Of a stretch of DNA of 64,000 bases, positions 1 through 9,203 are shown piece after piece. Origin of the DNA: a virus; the IMG/VR virus record IMGVR_UViG_3300028569_002586, positions 1-64,000 of that record; one strand, written 5' to 3'. The notes under the pieces were generated by a model that ran no database searches, had not been told where the DNA came from, and worked only from the letters and a program-made list of their open reading frames with translations. The position numbers and the translations under genes are program-made. Numbering within the stretch: position 1 is the first letter of the stretch; every line of letters starts with the position of its first letter.

Positions 1-1
1 T

Positions 2-769
2 TTGAGTGGCTTGACTAATTTGGTAGATTTTCGTTGCAAGAACAATCCACTTGGTGGATCAATTCCTAGTTTGAGTGGTTTGAACAATTTGCAAAATTTT
101 CAATGTCAAATAAATTCATTAGTTGGGACCATTCCTGCACTCACAGGTTTTCCAGTGTTAAATACATTTCTGTGCCATGCAAATCAACTCACTGGACCCA
201 TTCCTAGTTTGAATGGCTTGAGTGCCATGCAAGATTTCCGTTGCTGGAGCAATCTGCTCACAAATTATGCAGGTGGTTCTGTTTCCAATACTTTAGGAAA
301 CTTTCAAGCACATAGCAATCAATTGAACCAAAGTGCGGTGGATGCCATATTATCAGCTTTTGATGCCACCACCAGAACCACAGGCACAAGGACTTTGACT
401 CTAAATGCAGGTACTAATGCTGCTCCCAGTTACACAGGAGGAACAACCACCACATCTGCAGGAACCAATTTCTCCAGATCTGGAACTTTGGTAACTGCCA
501 ATGTGACTGGCCATGGTCATCCCAATGGCAGCTTGGTCACCATATCAGGCATCACTGAGACAGCATTTCAAGGCACATTTGTCATAACTGCAGTGAATGC
601 CAATCAATTTCAATACACCACCCAAACATCTGGCACAGTCACAGGTACAGGCACAGCCACCATGAGAAGAACCACAGTAGACTCTGATGGATTCAGATAC
701 TATCAAAATTTGGCTCTAGTTACCAGGTTGGGTGGTTTTCCTTGGGGGGTAAGCATCAATTTCCCATAA
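2..769 (+). CDS. LRR-containing virion/adhesin-like protein, 5'-truncated by window
   Basis: 23-aa LRRs (LxGxIPSLxGLxxLQxFxCxxN), LRR cap (LNQSAVDAILSAF), then a small beta domain (VTANVTGHGHPNGSLVTISG...FVITAVNANQFQY) typical of phage fibre proteins; frame open at the window start. Confidence 0.65.
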   Translation: MSGLTNLVDFRCKNNPLGGSIPSLSGLNNLQNFQCQINSLVGTIPALTGFPVLNTFLCHANQLTGPIPSLNGLSAMQDFRCWSNLLTNYAGGSVSNTLGNFQAHSNQLNQSAVDAILSAFDATTRTTGTRTLTLNAGTNAAPSYTGGTTTTSAGTNFSRSGTLVTANVTGHGHPNGSLVTISGITETAFQGTFVITAVNANQFQYTTQTSGTVTGTGTATMRRTTVDSDGFRYYQNLALVTRLGGFPWGVSINFP

Positions 770-773
770 TGTT

Positions 774-974
774 ATGAACACATACACAAAAGCACTAATT
801 GAAGTCGCCCCTGATCAATGGGTGATGCTTTATGAACAACAATCCAAGATCATAACCATGGAGCCTCAACAAGCTGCAGGGTTTTATAATGCAGTGGATG
901 TCTTAGTTGTTGCAGATACTCATGAAGAGCTGGATCAGTACATTGCAGACCATGCATTGATATACCCAGATTAA
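774..974 (+). CDS. small hypothetical protein, possibly fibre-associated
   Basis: 66-aa ORF starting 4 nt after the LRR gene on the same strand. Confidence 0.5.
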   Translation: MNTYTKALIEVAPDQWVMLYEQQSKIITMEPQQAAGFYNAVDVLVVADTHEELDQYIADHALIYPD

Positions 975-983
975 CAGGTACCT

Positions 984-1001
984 GGAGGCGGCGGGGTTCG
1001 A
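984..1001. repeat. 18-bp direct repeat copy 1 (displaced tmRNA 3' end)
   Basis: ggaggcggcggggttcga identical to 1652-1669; minus strand reads TCGAACCCCGCCGCCTCC followed by A (983). Confidence 0.95.
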
Positions 1002-1037
1002 CAATGCTCAAAACTAATCAGCTCCATAAATATCTAT

Positions 1038-1682
1038 ATGGGTGTGACTTACATAGATTTAACATGCAAAAATTGTAGTGAACTGTTTAAAGTAGAAAAG
1101 TGCTACTATAATCATAGAATTAAAAAAAGTAAACTTGTCATGTTTTGCTCTACAAGATGCAATAATGATTCTAGAATACACAAACGAATAAATAAAAAAT
1201 GTAAGTATTGCAGTAAGCTTTTTACTATTAGAGAAAACCAAGAGAAATATTTTTGCTCTCAAAGCTGCTCAGCAACATTTAATAATTGTAATAAAAAATA
1301 TGGTACAAGAGTATCAAAACTCGAAGTATGGGTAAAAGATAGGCTTACAGAATTATATTCTAAATTGAAAATATTATACAATGAAAAAGAGGCTATTAAT
1401 TCAGAGTTAGATATCTATATCCCAGAGTTAAAACTTGCTTTTGAATTAAACGGTATTTTTCATTATGAGCCAATTCACGGTAAAGATTTGCTTAAAAGAA
1501 TAAAAAACAACGATAATAGAAAATTTCAAGCTTGTTTAGAAAAAAATATTGAACTTTGTATTATAGATACAACATCACAGAAAGTTTTTAAAGAAAAATC
1601 TTCTGAAAAATACTTACAGATAATTAAAAATATTATTAATAAAAAACTTGAGGAGGCGGCGGGGTTCGAACCCGCGTCTTGA
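1038..1682 (+). CDS. putative homing endonuclease (Zn-finger repeats + Vsr/DUF559-like nuclease domain)
   Basis: N-terminal CxxC...FCSxxC repeats; C-terminal SKLE...ELDIYIPELKLAFELNGIFHY...DNRKFQAC; last codons (EEAAGFEPAS) are the antisense of the tmRNA T-arm. Confidence 0.8.
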   Translation: MGVTYIDLTCKNCSELFKVEKCYYNHRIKKSKLVMFCSTRCNNDSRIHKRINKKCKYCSKLFTIRENQEKYFCSQSCSATFNNCNKKYGTRVSKLEVWVKDRLTELYSKLKILYNEKEAINSELDIYIPELKLAFELNGIFHYEPIHGKDLLKRIKNNDNRKFQACLEKNIELCIIDTTSQKVFKEKSSEKYLQIIKNIINKKLEEAAGFEPAS

Positions 1683-2063
1683 ACAATTTCACTCACAAGC
1701 ACTACAAGTTTATCTTAGTTGAATTTTCATAAGGATTAAACTAAACGAAAAGCCCTTACTGATAACAATTTTGTACACATGATCTATTAATTGTTATAAC
1801 CCAGATCATGCGAAGACCAGTTACACGCTCCATGTTACAGGTCTCAATCTACCATGGAACGCTTGAACTAGTTAAACTAACTCAAGGGTGGCTTCTGCAT
1901 CTTCAAAGCCAGCTGCTGCAAGAATTGCATCAGCCTCTTCTAGACTCATGGCCATGTCGAATGTTTCATCGGCATTTATTGTTGTTTTGCTATTGTTAAA
2001 CTGGCATGCCCCAGTACTTGCCCTCGCAAACTCCATCATTCAATCGATTCCAATTACGCCCCC
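1651..2063 (-). ncRNA. ssrA: tmRNA (phage-encoded)
   Basis: 5' GGGGGCGTAATTGGAATCGA pairs with 3' CGCCTCC giving a G3-U70 acceptor stem; T-arm GCGGG-TTCGAAC-CCCGC; helix-2 3' strand TAAACTTGTAG; resume context ATAAAT|GCC; tag ORF 1973->1872 ADETFDMAMSLEEADAILAAAGFEDAEATLELV*; no encoded CCA. Confidence 0.92.
1652..1669. repeat. 18-bp direct repeat copy 2 (3' end of the tmRNA gene)
   Basis: identical to 984-1001. Confidence 0.95.
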
Positions 2064-2086
2064 AACATTGTAAAAGAACTACAATC

Positions 2087-2145
2087 AATATAACTCAATT
2101 ACTTATAAAGTCAACTGTTGATAATAGTAAAATTCACTATAAAAT
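2087..2145. promoter_or_regulatory. divergent sigma70-like promoters (tmRNA on minus strand; GT60 operon on plus strand)
   Basis: minus strand TTGACT-16-TATATT before the tmRNA; plus strand TTGATA-16-TAAAAT ending 7 nt before GTG at 2153. Confidence 0.55.
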
Positions 2146-2152
2146 AATTACA

Positions 2153-3406
2153 GTGAAAATATTCATATCCATTGCTTCCTACCGTGATCCACAACTGCCC
2201 ATAACTTTAAAAAATTGCTTGCAAAATGCCAAGCATCCCGAAAATCTAAGATTTTCTATTTGTTGGCAGAAAGATGAAACAGAAAACTTGGATGAGTTTA
2301 TTAATGACAAGCGGTTTACTATTATTCCTGTGGATTACAGAAAAGGCGAGGGTACATGCTGGGCTAGAAGCTTGATTCAAGAACATTACAAGAAAGAGCA
2401 GTATTACATGCAATTGGACAGTCACCACCGTTTTGAGAAACATTGGGATGAGACCTGCATTGGCATGATCAAAGATTTGCAAAAAGCTGGTTACAAGAAA
2501 CCCTTGCTGACTGCTTATATCCCTAGCTTTGATCCAGACAATGACCCTGCTGCAAGAATACATGTGCCATGGAAAATGAACTTTGATAGGTTTATTCCAG
2601 AAGGTGCAGTATTTTTCTTGCCTGCATCCATAGACAATTTTAAAGAATTGTCTCAGCCTGTGCCTGCAAGGTTTCTCTCAGCTCACTTCATCTTCACTCT
2701 GGGCAAATGGTGCAAAGAAGTGCCTTATGATCCTTATTATTACTTCCATGGTGAGGAGATCAATCTGGCTGTCAGGTCTTATACCTGGGGCTATGACTTG
2801 TTTCACCCTCACAAGGCAGTTGCTTGGCATGAATACACTAGAAAAGGCAGAACCAAGCATTGGGATGACGACAAGGAATGGCACATACGCAACAATGCAT
2901 CACACTTGAGAAACAGAAAACTGTTTGGCATGGATGGTGAAAAGAAGGACGTTGACTTTGGCAAGTATGATTTTGGTACCAAGAGATCATTGGCAGATTA
3001 TGAGAGGTATGCTGGTCTGTCCTTTGCAAAGAGAGCAGTGCAGAGATACACCATTGACAACAACAATCCACCCAATCCTGACAACTTCAAGAGTCAGGCA
3101 GAGTATGAGACCTCATTCTTGAAAATATTCAAGCATTGCATTGATATTGGATTGGCACAAGTGCCTGAAACTGATTATGACTTCTGGTGTGTGGCATTCA
3201 AAGACAAAGATGGCAAAGATGTGTACAGAAAAGATGCTGATAAAGATGAAATTGTGAGAATGAAGAATGATCCAGACAACTACTGCAAAGTGTGGAGAGA
3301 GTTCAATGCAGAAGAGTTGCCTGTGAGCTGGATTGTGTGGCCTCACAGCATAAGCAAAGGCTGGGCAGAGCCCATTACTGGTCAACTCAACAATGTGATA
3401 AGCTAA
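2153..3406 (+). CDS. GT60-family (Skp1/Gnt1-like, Pfam GlcNAc-type) N-acetylglucosaminyltransferase
   Basis: IFISIASYRD, ARSLIQ, MQLDSHHRF (DxH), FHGEEINLAVRSYTWGYDLFHP motifs; start moved from 2006 to GTG 2153 because the upstream part overlaps the tmRNA and its promoter. Confidence 0.85.
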   Translation: MKIFISIASYRDPQLPITLKNCLQNAKHPENLRFSICWQKDETENLDEFINDKRFTIIPVDYRKGEGTCWARSLIQEHYKKEQYYMQLDSHHRFEKHWDETCIGMIKDLQKAGYKKPLLTAYIPSFDPDNDPAARIHVPWKMNFDRFIPEGAVFFLPASIDNFKELSQPVPARFLSAHFIFTLGKWCKEVPYDPYYYFHGEEINLAVRSYTWGYDLFHPHKAVAWHEYTRKGRTKHWDDDKEWHIRNNASHLRNRKLFGMDGEKKDVDFGKYDFGTKRSLADYERYAGLSFAKRAVQRYTIDNNNPPNPDNFKSQAEYETSFLKIFKHCIDIGLAQVPETDYDFWCVAFKDKDGKDVYRKDADKDEIVRMKNDPDNYCKVWREFNAEELPVSWIVWPHSISKGWAEPITGQLNNVIS

Positions 3407-4096
3407 ATGAATAGCTTTGCAAAAGAAGTTATCAAAAGAGCTTATGAGCTCAAAACAACTTCTGTTGCATGGAGAACCACCAGTTTGACTGGAGATGATC
3501 ATACGTTCAGGCGTTCTAAACCTGCTCCTTTTTTAAAGTTCTTGTATGGCATTAACAAGGACTATCCTTTTAAGAATATTGTTGAAATTGGATCTAACCG
3601 TTATGCTGTGACACAAAAATGTGTAGATTACTTCTTCCAGGAGCATCATGCCACAGAAGCACCTGCTTGCTGTGCAGATGGTCACTCCACATATTTCTTC
3701 AGTCTATTTGGTGGCAATGTACACACAGTGGACATAGATGTCAGTAGAATTGATTCTATCAATCATTGCTACCAGCATTTAAACCAGCAAGTTCCTTGTA
3801 ACCTTCACATACACATACCCAAAGATGGTATTGAGTTTTTAAATGAATTTAATGAGTCTATTGATTTGTTATTCCTTGATGGTTGGGATGTGGGTACACA
3901 TGACTATGCAGAGAATCATTTGCTAGCTTACCGCGCTGCTAAGGATAAGCTATCAGAAAATTGCATAATTGGCATAGATGACACAGATTTCACTGGTGAA
4001 GTGTCAGGTAAAGATAAATTATTAGGTGCAGCTCTTATTGAAGAAGGTTATGTACCATTCATCAAAGGAAGACAAGCACTCTTCATAAAGGTTTAA
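3407..4096 (+). CDS. class I SAM-dependent methyltransferase (Methyltransf_24-like)
   Basis: NIVEIGS, VHTVDID, DGIEFL...IDLLFLDGWD, IGIDD motifs. Confidence 0.75.
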   Translation: MNSFAKEVIKRAYELKTTSVAWRTTSLTGDDHTFRRSKPAPFLKFLYGINKDYPFKNIVEIGSNRYAVTQKCVDYFFQEHHATEAPACCADGHSTYFFSLFGGNVHTVDIDVSRIDSINHCYQHLNQQVPCNLHIHIPKDGIEFLNEFNESIDLLFLDGWDVGTHDYAENHLLAYRAAKDKLSENCIIGIDDTDFTGEVSGKDKLLGAALIEEGYVPFIKGRQALFIKV

Positions 4097-4097
4097 T

Positions 4098-5273
4098 ATG
4101 TTAAAGATATCCATAGGTGATATTTTAGATAGACTGTCTATTTGCAAGTTAAAGTCAGATCGTACTGACATAGACTGCTCCAAAGAGATAAACATGCTTC
4201 AACAAGAAGTTAGCAATTATCCTGACACTTCAAGTTACTTGGAAAGGTTATACCAGATCAACGGTGAAATATGGAACTTAGAATCTGACATTAGAAAAGA
4301 AAAAGAAGCAACACTGGGCTTAGAAGAGGTTGGCAGAAGAGCAATACGCATCCGACAATTTAATAATCAAAGAGTCAGTATTAAAAATGAGATTAACTCA
4401 AAATTTAATGAAGGTTTTATTGAAACAAAAATAAATCATGGCAGCCAGCCATCAATTGAAGCAGTTGTTTCACTCAGCACAGTGCCTGAGAGATTGGTCC
4501 ATGACAGTGATGACGGTCTCAAGCTTGTGCTACAATCTCTATGTGAACAGACCTTTAAAAACTATGAAGTGCATTTCAATGTGCCTCATGTGTACAAGCC
4601 CACATGTGCACCTTACAATCTGCCTGATTGGCTGCCTGCATATCAATTAAAGTACCCGCATTTGAAGGTTTTTAGAACAGAAGATTATGGGCCACCTACC
4701 AAACTGCTGCCCACATTGCACAGAATTACCAACTCTGACACAGTCATCATAATCATTGATGATGATCTGGTGTACCATGAAGAACTTGTGCAAGAGCATA
4801 TCAATCACCACAAAAATATTCCTGGAGGTGTGTTTGGCTATGATGGGCGTACTAACTGTAATGCTCAACAACATGGTGATCTAAGAGATAGCTGGGTAGT
4901 ATGTGTGACTGTACCCACATGCACTCACATGGTGCAGCACTATAAATCTGTATCTTATAAAAGAAGTTACTTTGAGCAAGACTTCTTTGATGATTTTGTA
5001 GGTAAAACAAGGTCTGATGATGTGTTGGTCTCTTATTACTTCAGAACAAAGAAAAGACCTTTAATTATCATGCCCTATGAAAAGGATAACCATCTATATG
5101 ATACTTTTGAAAAATGGAATGCAAATCAGGGTGTTGTTGCTTTTCCTATTGTTCGTTATGCAAATAGCCCCATGAACACTGGTTGTAATAATGAGACATT
5201 TCTGCAGCAAGAACAAAGATTTTTTGTACCACCTATTTTTAATGAATGGTTAGTCAAGGCATTGAGCAGTTAA
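4098..5273 (+). CDS. DUF6165-like helical domain fused to GT-A glycosyltransferase
   Basis: ISIGDILDRLSI...INGEIWNLESDIR...NNQRVSIKNEIN followed by VVSLSTVPERL, EDYGPPTKLLP, IIIIDDDLVY (DxD), SDDVLVS. Confidence 0.7.
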   Translation: MLKISIGDILDRLSICKLKSDRTDIDCSKEINMLQQEVSNYPDTSSYLERLYQINGEIWNLESDIRKEKEATLGLEEVGRRAIRIRQFNNQRVSIKNEINSKFNEGFIETKINHGSQPSIEAVVSLSTVPERLVHDSDDGLKLVLQSLCEQTFKNYEVHFNVPHVYKPTCAPYNLPDWLPAYQLKYPHLKVFRTEDYGPPTKLLPTLHRITNSDTVIIIIDDDLVYHEELVQEHINHHKNIPGGVFGYDGRTNCNAQQHGDLRDSWVVCVTVPTCTHMVQHYKSVSYKRSYFEQDFFDDFVGKTRSDDVLVSYYFRTKKRPLIIMPYEKDNHLYDTFEKWNANQGVVAFPIVRYANSPMNTGCNNETFLQQEQRFFVPPIFNEWLVKALSS

Positions 5274-5274
5274 T

Positions 5275-5964
5275 ATGTATCATGATTTAATTAAGAAATG
5301 GGATGAGCATCATTGTGCCCAGCATGTCAACAACTTGGCATGGAGCATTTCAGATTTTTTTAAACACAATGATGTAAATGAAATATCTTATATTGATGTT
5401 GGTGCTAATGTAGGCAAGGTGTATGATCTGCTTGCTGGGTTGATGACAGTTCAAAATGCATATTTTTTTGAAGCTAGTCCACTACTGTATGGTTACCTGC
5501 AAGAAAAATATAAAGACAACACCTCCATTGTCATGCATAATTATGCCATATCCAATACAGACTCTGAAGTCTGTTTTGATGAGTCATCAATGATACATCA
5601 ATTTCAAAATAATATTGAAAATTTAAATTTAGGGTTGTCCAAGATAACACACCATAGTGATGTAAGAGTAAGAGCAAGAAAAATTTCATCACTACTGCAA
5701 GAACTACCAGGTGCATTTGAATGTAAATTTATTAAGATTGATACAGAGAGCATGGATCTGCATATTTTGCAAGATCTTGTTAGCATTATAACCAAGTTCA
5801 AGACATTACCAGTTATTGAATTTGAAAAAAACTATAATGGTAATAATATAACAGATGAACAAGCTCAAGAAATTCTTAACTTGTATTGCCATGCAGGATA
5901 CAAGCCATTGAATATTCATGAATGTCATGGAGATGGGTTATTGATACCAGAATTCTATAAATGA
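5275..5964 (+). CDS. FkbM-family methyltransferase
   Basis: YIDVGANVG, FFEA, NYAIS, FIKIDTES motifs. Confidence 0.85.
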   Translation: MYHDLIKKWDEHHCAQHVNNLAWSISDFFKHNDVNEISYIDVGANVGKVYDLLAGLMTVQNAYFFEASPLLYGYLQEKYKDNTSIVMHNYAISNTDSEVCFDESSMIHQFQNNIENLNLGLSKITHHSDVRVRARKISSLLQELPGAFECKFIKIDTESMDLHILQDLVSIITKFKTLPVIEFEKNYNGNNITDEQAQEILNLYCHAGYKPLNIHECHGDGLLIPEFYK

Positions 5965-7652
5965 AAAAGAATACTACAATAGTAACAGGCATTTGGAATT
6001 TAGGACGTGAAAATGCAGGTGAAGGATTCAAGAGACCTTTCAGCCATTACATTGAACGATTCAAGGACCTGTTAAGTGCTTTACATGAATACAAAGTGGT
6101 TGTGTACATTGAAGAAGAGCACAAGGATCTAGTCAAAAGCTTCTGCAATCCTGACAATACTATTATAAGAATCAAAGAAACAGATAGCTTTAAAACATCA
6201 TTTCCCTTTTACCAACAAGTACAAGACATTAGACACAATTGTGAATGGTACAGTCAGGCTGAGTGGCTAAGGAACAGTACTCAAGCCACTTTGGAGCTTT
6301 ATAATCCCTTGGTAATGAGCAAGATGTTCTTGCTTCATGATGAAAAGATCATGAACCCTTTCAATACAGACTATTTCTATTGGTTGGATGGTGGCATAAC
6401 CTCCACAGTGCATCCTGGTTATTTTTACAAGGATAATGTGCTATCTAAGCTAGATGATTTGGTTAAAAAGTTCATGTTCATCACTTTCCCATATCTTGCA
6501 TGCTCTGAGATTCATGGGTTTAAAAGAGATAAGATGGAAGAGTTAGCAGGAGAAAAAGTAGAACATGTTTGCAGAGGTGGGTTCTTTGGTGGTCACAAGA
6601 AAGATATCTCAGAAATTAATGCAAAGTATTATGACTTGTTGCACAACACAATAAGCCAGGGGTACATGGGTACAGAAGAGAGTTTGTTTACTGTCTTGAC
6701 ATACAAATACCCAGAATTGTTTCAATTGTACAAGCTCACTGAAGATCAGAGTGGAATCATAAGCCACTTCTTTGAGGATTTAAAGAACGATGCAGCTAAT
6801 ATTGAAGATTTGCAACCAATAGAGCAAAATACTGTTGTGGAGAGTATTCCAGGTAACAAAGTATGTGGTTATGTCATCACGTTTAATTCTATTAAACAGT
6901 TAGCAGCCATATATGAAAGCTGGAAAGATTTTGGTTTTGAAGCATTCTATGTTTTTGATAACAGTAATGATGAATCAATTATTGCACAGAATATTGAATT
7001 TTGTCAAGCTAACAATTTAGAGAGAATTGTCAGTGACAAAGGTAATATAGGTATATGCGGTGGCAGGCAATATGTTGCAGAGCATTTTGCTAGCACAGAA
7101 TATGATTATTATATTTTTATTGAAGATGACATGTTTTTAAATAAAAGTGATAAAACACTTTGCAGGAATGGATTCAGTGCTCATATTCATGATCTAAAAA
7201 CAAAGCTAATAAAGATCATGCAAAAAGAGAAGTTTGATTTCTTAAAATTATCTTTTACAGAATTTTTTGGTGACAACAAAACACAATGGGCTTGGTATAA
7301 TGTGCCTCAAGTTGTGAGAGAAAGGTTTTGGCCAGGTAAGATTAGATTGCCTGAAATAGGAATAGATCCTAATGCACCCAAAACAAATTTTAAAAATATA
7401 GATATAATGGATGGGTTGCCCTATATTACCGGTGAAGTGTATTATTGCAATTGGCCTCAAATAGTTTCCAAGCCAGGTAATGAGAAGATGTTTTTAAATA
7501 CTAAATGGTCGCATCCCTACGAGCAGACGTGGATGAGCTTTATGTATCAGGAGACCATGGAAGGTGATCTTAAACCAGGCTTGTTATTAGCATCACCAAT
7601 TACACATGACAGGTTTGATTTCTATAAAGGTGATTTGAGAAGAGAAAATTAA
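5961..7652 (+). CDS. HtrL/YibB (WlaTC)-family glycosyltransferase fused to GT2-like domain
   Basis: TTIVTGIWNLGR, YNPLVMSKMFLL, NPFNTDYFYWLDGG, CRGGFFGG, GTEESLF; second domain GNIGICGGRQ...YIFIEDD. Confidence 0.75.
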   Translation: MKKNTTIVTGIWNLGRENAGEGFKRPFSHYIERFKDLLSALHEYKVVVYIEEEHKDLVKSFCNPDNTIIRIKETDSFKTSFPFYQQVQDIRHNCEWYSQAEWLRNSTQATLELYNPLVMSKMFLLHDEKIMNPFNTDYFYWLDGGITSTVHPGYFYKDNVLSKLDDLVKKFMFITFPYLACSEIHGFKRDKMEELAGEKVEHVCRGGFFGGHKKDISEINAKYYDLLHNTISQGYMGTEESLFTVLTYKYPELFQLYKLTEDQSGIISHFFEDLKNDAANIEDLQPIEQNTVVESIPGNKVCGYVITFNSIKQLAAIYESWKDFGFEAFYVFDNSNDESIIAQNIEFCQANNLERIVSDKGNIGICGGRQYVAEHFASTEYDYYIFIEDDMFLNKSDKTLCRNGFSAHIHDLKTKLIKIMQKEKFDFLKLSFTEFFGDNKTQWAWYNVPQVVRERFWPGKIRLPEIGIDPNAPKTNFKNIDIMDGLPYITGEVYYCNWPQIVSKPGNEKMFLNTKWSHPYEQTWMSFMYQETMEGDLKPGLLLASPITHDRFDFYKGDLRREN

Positions 7653-8008
7653 CTCAAGGTGAGCAGGTATTTGAGTTGGTTGATTTCAGCTAGCATTTCA
7701 TCCCGGATATTAAGCAGCTCACTGTCTTTAACATCATCAAATTCCTGATTTAAATTGATTAAAAATTCTATGATACTCTCCAGATACTCATGATACTCTC
7801 CATCAAAATTTTCTAGCACAACATTGTATTTAATTTTTGCTCTGGGCACACCATATTTACCAGAATATACTTCAACAAAGTGATCAATTAGAACACCCAA
7901 GTTTTCATATGCTTTGCCAAAGGCTTTGTGCTGTGCGTAAGTCTTTGATTGCCAATGAAATATTCTTAACTGTTCTTGCAAGGAGATGAAGGGTGTTATT
8001 AATTTCAT
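7649..8008 (-). CDS. DUF5856-family ferritin/Dps-like protein
   Basis: QLRIFHWQSKTYAQHKAFG...IDHFVEVYSGKYG...LLNIRDEMLAEINQLKYLLTL. Confidence 0.75.
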   Translation of the reverse strand: MKLITPFISLQEQLRIFHWQSKTYAQHKAFGKAYENLGVLIDHFVEVYSGKYGVPRAKIKYNVVLENFDGEYHEYLESIIEFLINLNQEFDDVKDSELLNIRDEMLAEINQLKYLLTLS

Positions 8009-8048
8009 ATTTCTTCCGAATAATCTTGAAGTACTTATAAATATTTAT

Positions 8049-8342
8049 ATGAAGTTAAACTTAAATATCACAAATAAACATATTCAGAACGGGACTTTCA
8101 GTGATCCCTCCAATTGTGCCATTGCAAAAGCCATGAAAGCCAAATTGGGTCAAGGAATCAAAGTTGGTGTCTTTCCTGATAGAGTTTATTTGGAAGTTAA
8201 GAAAAATAACAGCATAAGAAGATACAAAGGCACAGTGAGCAAAAAGATAACTCAGTTTATCAAAAGATTTGACGCTGGTCTGCCTGTTAGCCCATTCAAA
8301 CTAACCTTTAGTTTGAGCAAAGCTAAATCCATCTTAGTTTAA
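8049..8342 (+). CDS. hypothetical basic protein
   Basis: ATG at 8049 lies 5 nt after TATAAATA; the longer 7986 start overlaps the divergent gene. Confidence 0.55.
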   Translation: MKLNLNITNKHIQNGTFSDPSNCAIAKAMKAKLGQGIKVGVFPDRVYLEVKKNNSIRRYKGTVSKKITQFIKRFDAGLPVSPFKLTFSLSKAKSILV

Positions 8343-8343
8343 G

Positions 8344-8790
8344 TTATTTTAGAGTGGGTACGTTGAACGCTTTGCAAATAAGCGTGGTGACATCTTTTTC
8401 TTTTACACCTTCATAGGCTTCATAATCACCATAAGGGTCATTGGAGGGTGTAACTGGTGTGTAAGGTAACTTTTTAATCTTGTCCAAAATTAGAGTCAAC
8501 AGTTGATTCAATGTCATGTCACTGTAAGCAGCACTCACAAACTCTTTGATGTCTTGAAAATTGAATTTGCTCTTCAAATCTTCAAAAGGATTTGCGTACA
8601 ACCCAAAAATGTAAATAGGAAGATATTTAGTTGCAGTCACTGCACAGTCTTGAATGACATGGTATGCAGCAGGATTTTGAATGGTCACTCCACTGTCAGG
8701 TTTTTCAGCAGCTTTTTGTGCAGGGCTATAGAGCTTGGCTTCTTTAACAGTGGAATTTTCAATTATGATATCAAGAAATCTCATAGACAT
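8344..8790 (-). CDS. hypothetical late protein (probable start 8784)
   Basis: TAAATA 5 nt before second Met; N-terminus MRFLDIIIENSTVKEA. Confidence 0.55.
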   Translation of the reverse strand: MSMRFLDIIIENSTVKEAKLYSPAQKAAEKPDSGVTIQNPAAYHVIQDCAVTATKYLPIYIFGLYANPFEDLKSKFNFQDIKEFVSAAYSDMTLNQLLTLILDKIKKLPYTPVTPSNDPYGDYEAYEGVKEKDVTTLICKAFNVPTLK

Positions 8791-8792
8791 AT

Positions 8793-9203
8793 TTAAACAT
8801 GTTCCACAGTAATACCAGCTTTTTGAAGCAAATCAATGCCAGAATTAACTCTGTACATGTCTGAATAAACAACACGCTTAATTTTTGCTTGCACCAATAA
8901 TTTTGAACATTCAAAACAAGGTGACAGAGTAATGTAAGCTGTGGCACCCTCTGAAGAGTTGGTACTGGTTGCTAGCTTCATCAGAGCATTGCTCTCTGCA
9001 TGCAACACTTCAGGTTTGGTTACAAATTCTGCATCTTCACAGCTATTGTTGAAACCAGCAGGTGTGCCATTGAAACCATCACTGATAATTTGGTTGCCCT
9101 TCACTATGATGCAGCCCACCTGCATGCGTTTGGCTTTGCTCAATTGACTCCAACTGCGGGCAAGTTCTAAATATTTTTTATCAAGCTGCAGCTGACTTGG
9201 CAT
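8793..9203 (-). CDS. cd: dCMP deaminase
   Basis: QVGCIIVK, GFNGTPAG, HAESNA and TLSPCFECSK zinc motifs. Confidence 0.93.
   Translation of the reverse strand: MPSQLQLDKKYLELARSWSQLSKAKRMQVGCIIVKGNQIISDGFNGTPAGFNNSCEDAEFVTKPEVLHAESNALMKLATSTNSSEGATAYITLSPCFECSKLLVQAKIKRVVYSDMYRVNSGIDLLQKAGITVEHV

Larger units (their letters stand above)
984..1669. mobile_element. homing-endonuclease insertion in tmRNA 3' end, flanked by 18-bp direct repeats
   Basis: AT-rich ~650-bp segment with one endonuclease ORF between two identical copies of the tmRNA T-loop/acceptor 3' strand; no integrase. Confidence 0.75.

Noticed and set aside
1002-1651. Group I intron in the tmRNA T-loop
   Set aside because: U|...G| boundaries are possible, but only ~36 non-coding nt remain and no P3-P7 core is visible; the 18-bp duplication fits a DNA-level insertion better
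1808-2152. ORFs 1808..1999, 1888..2073 and the 2006 start of the GT60 gene
   Set aside because: They overlap the tmRNA and its promoter; GT60 homology begins at GTG 2153
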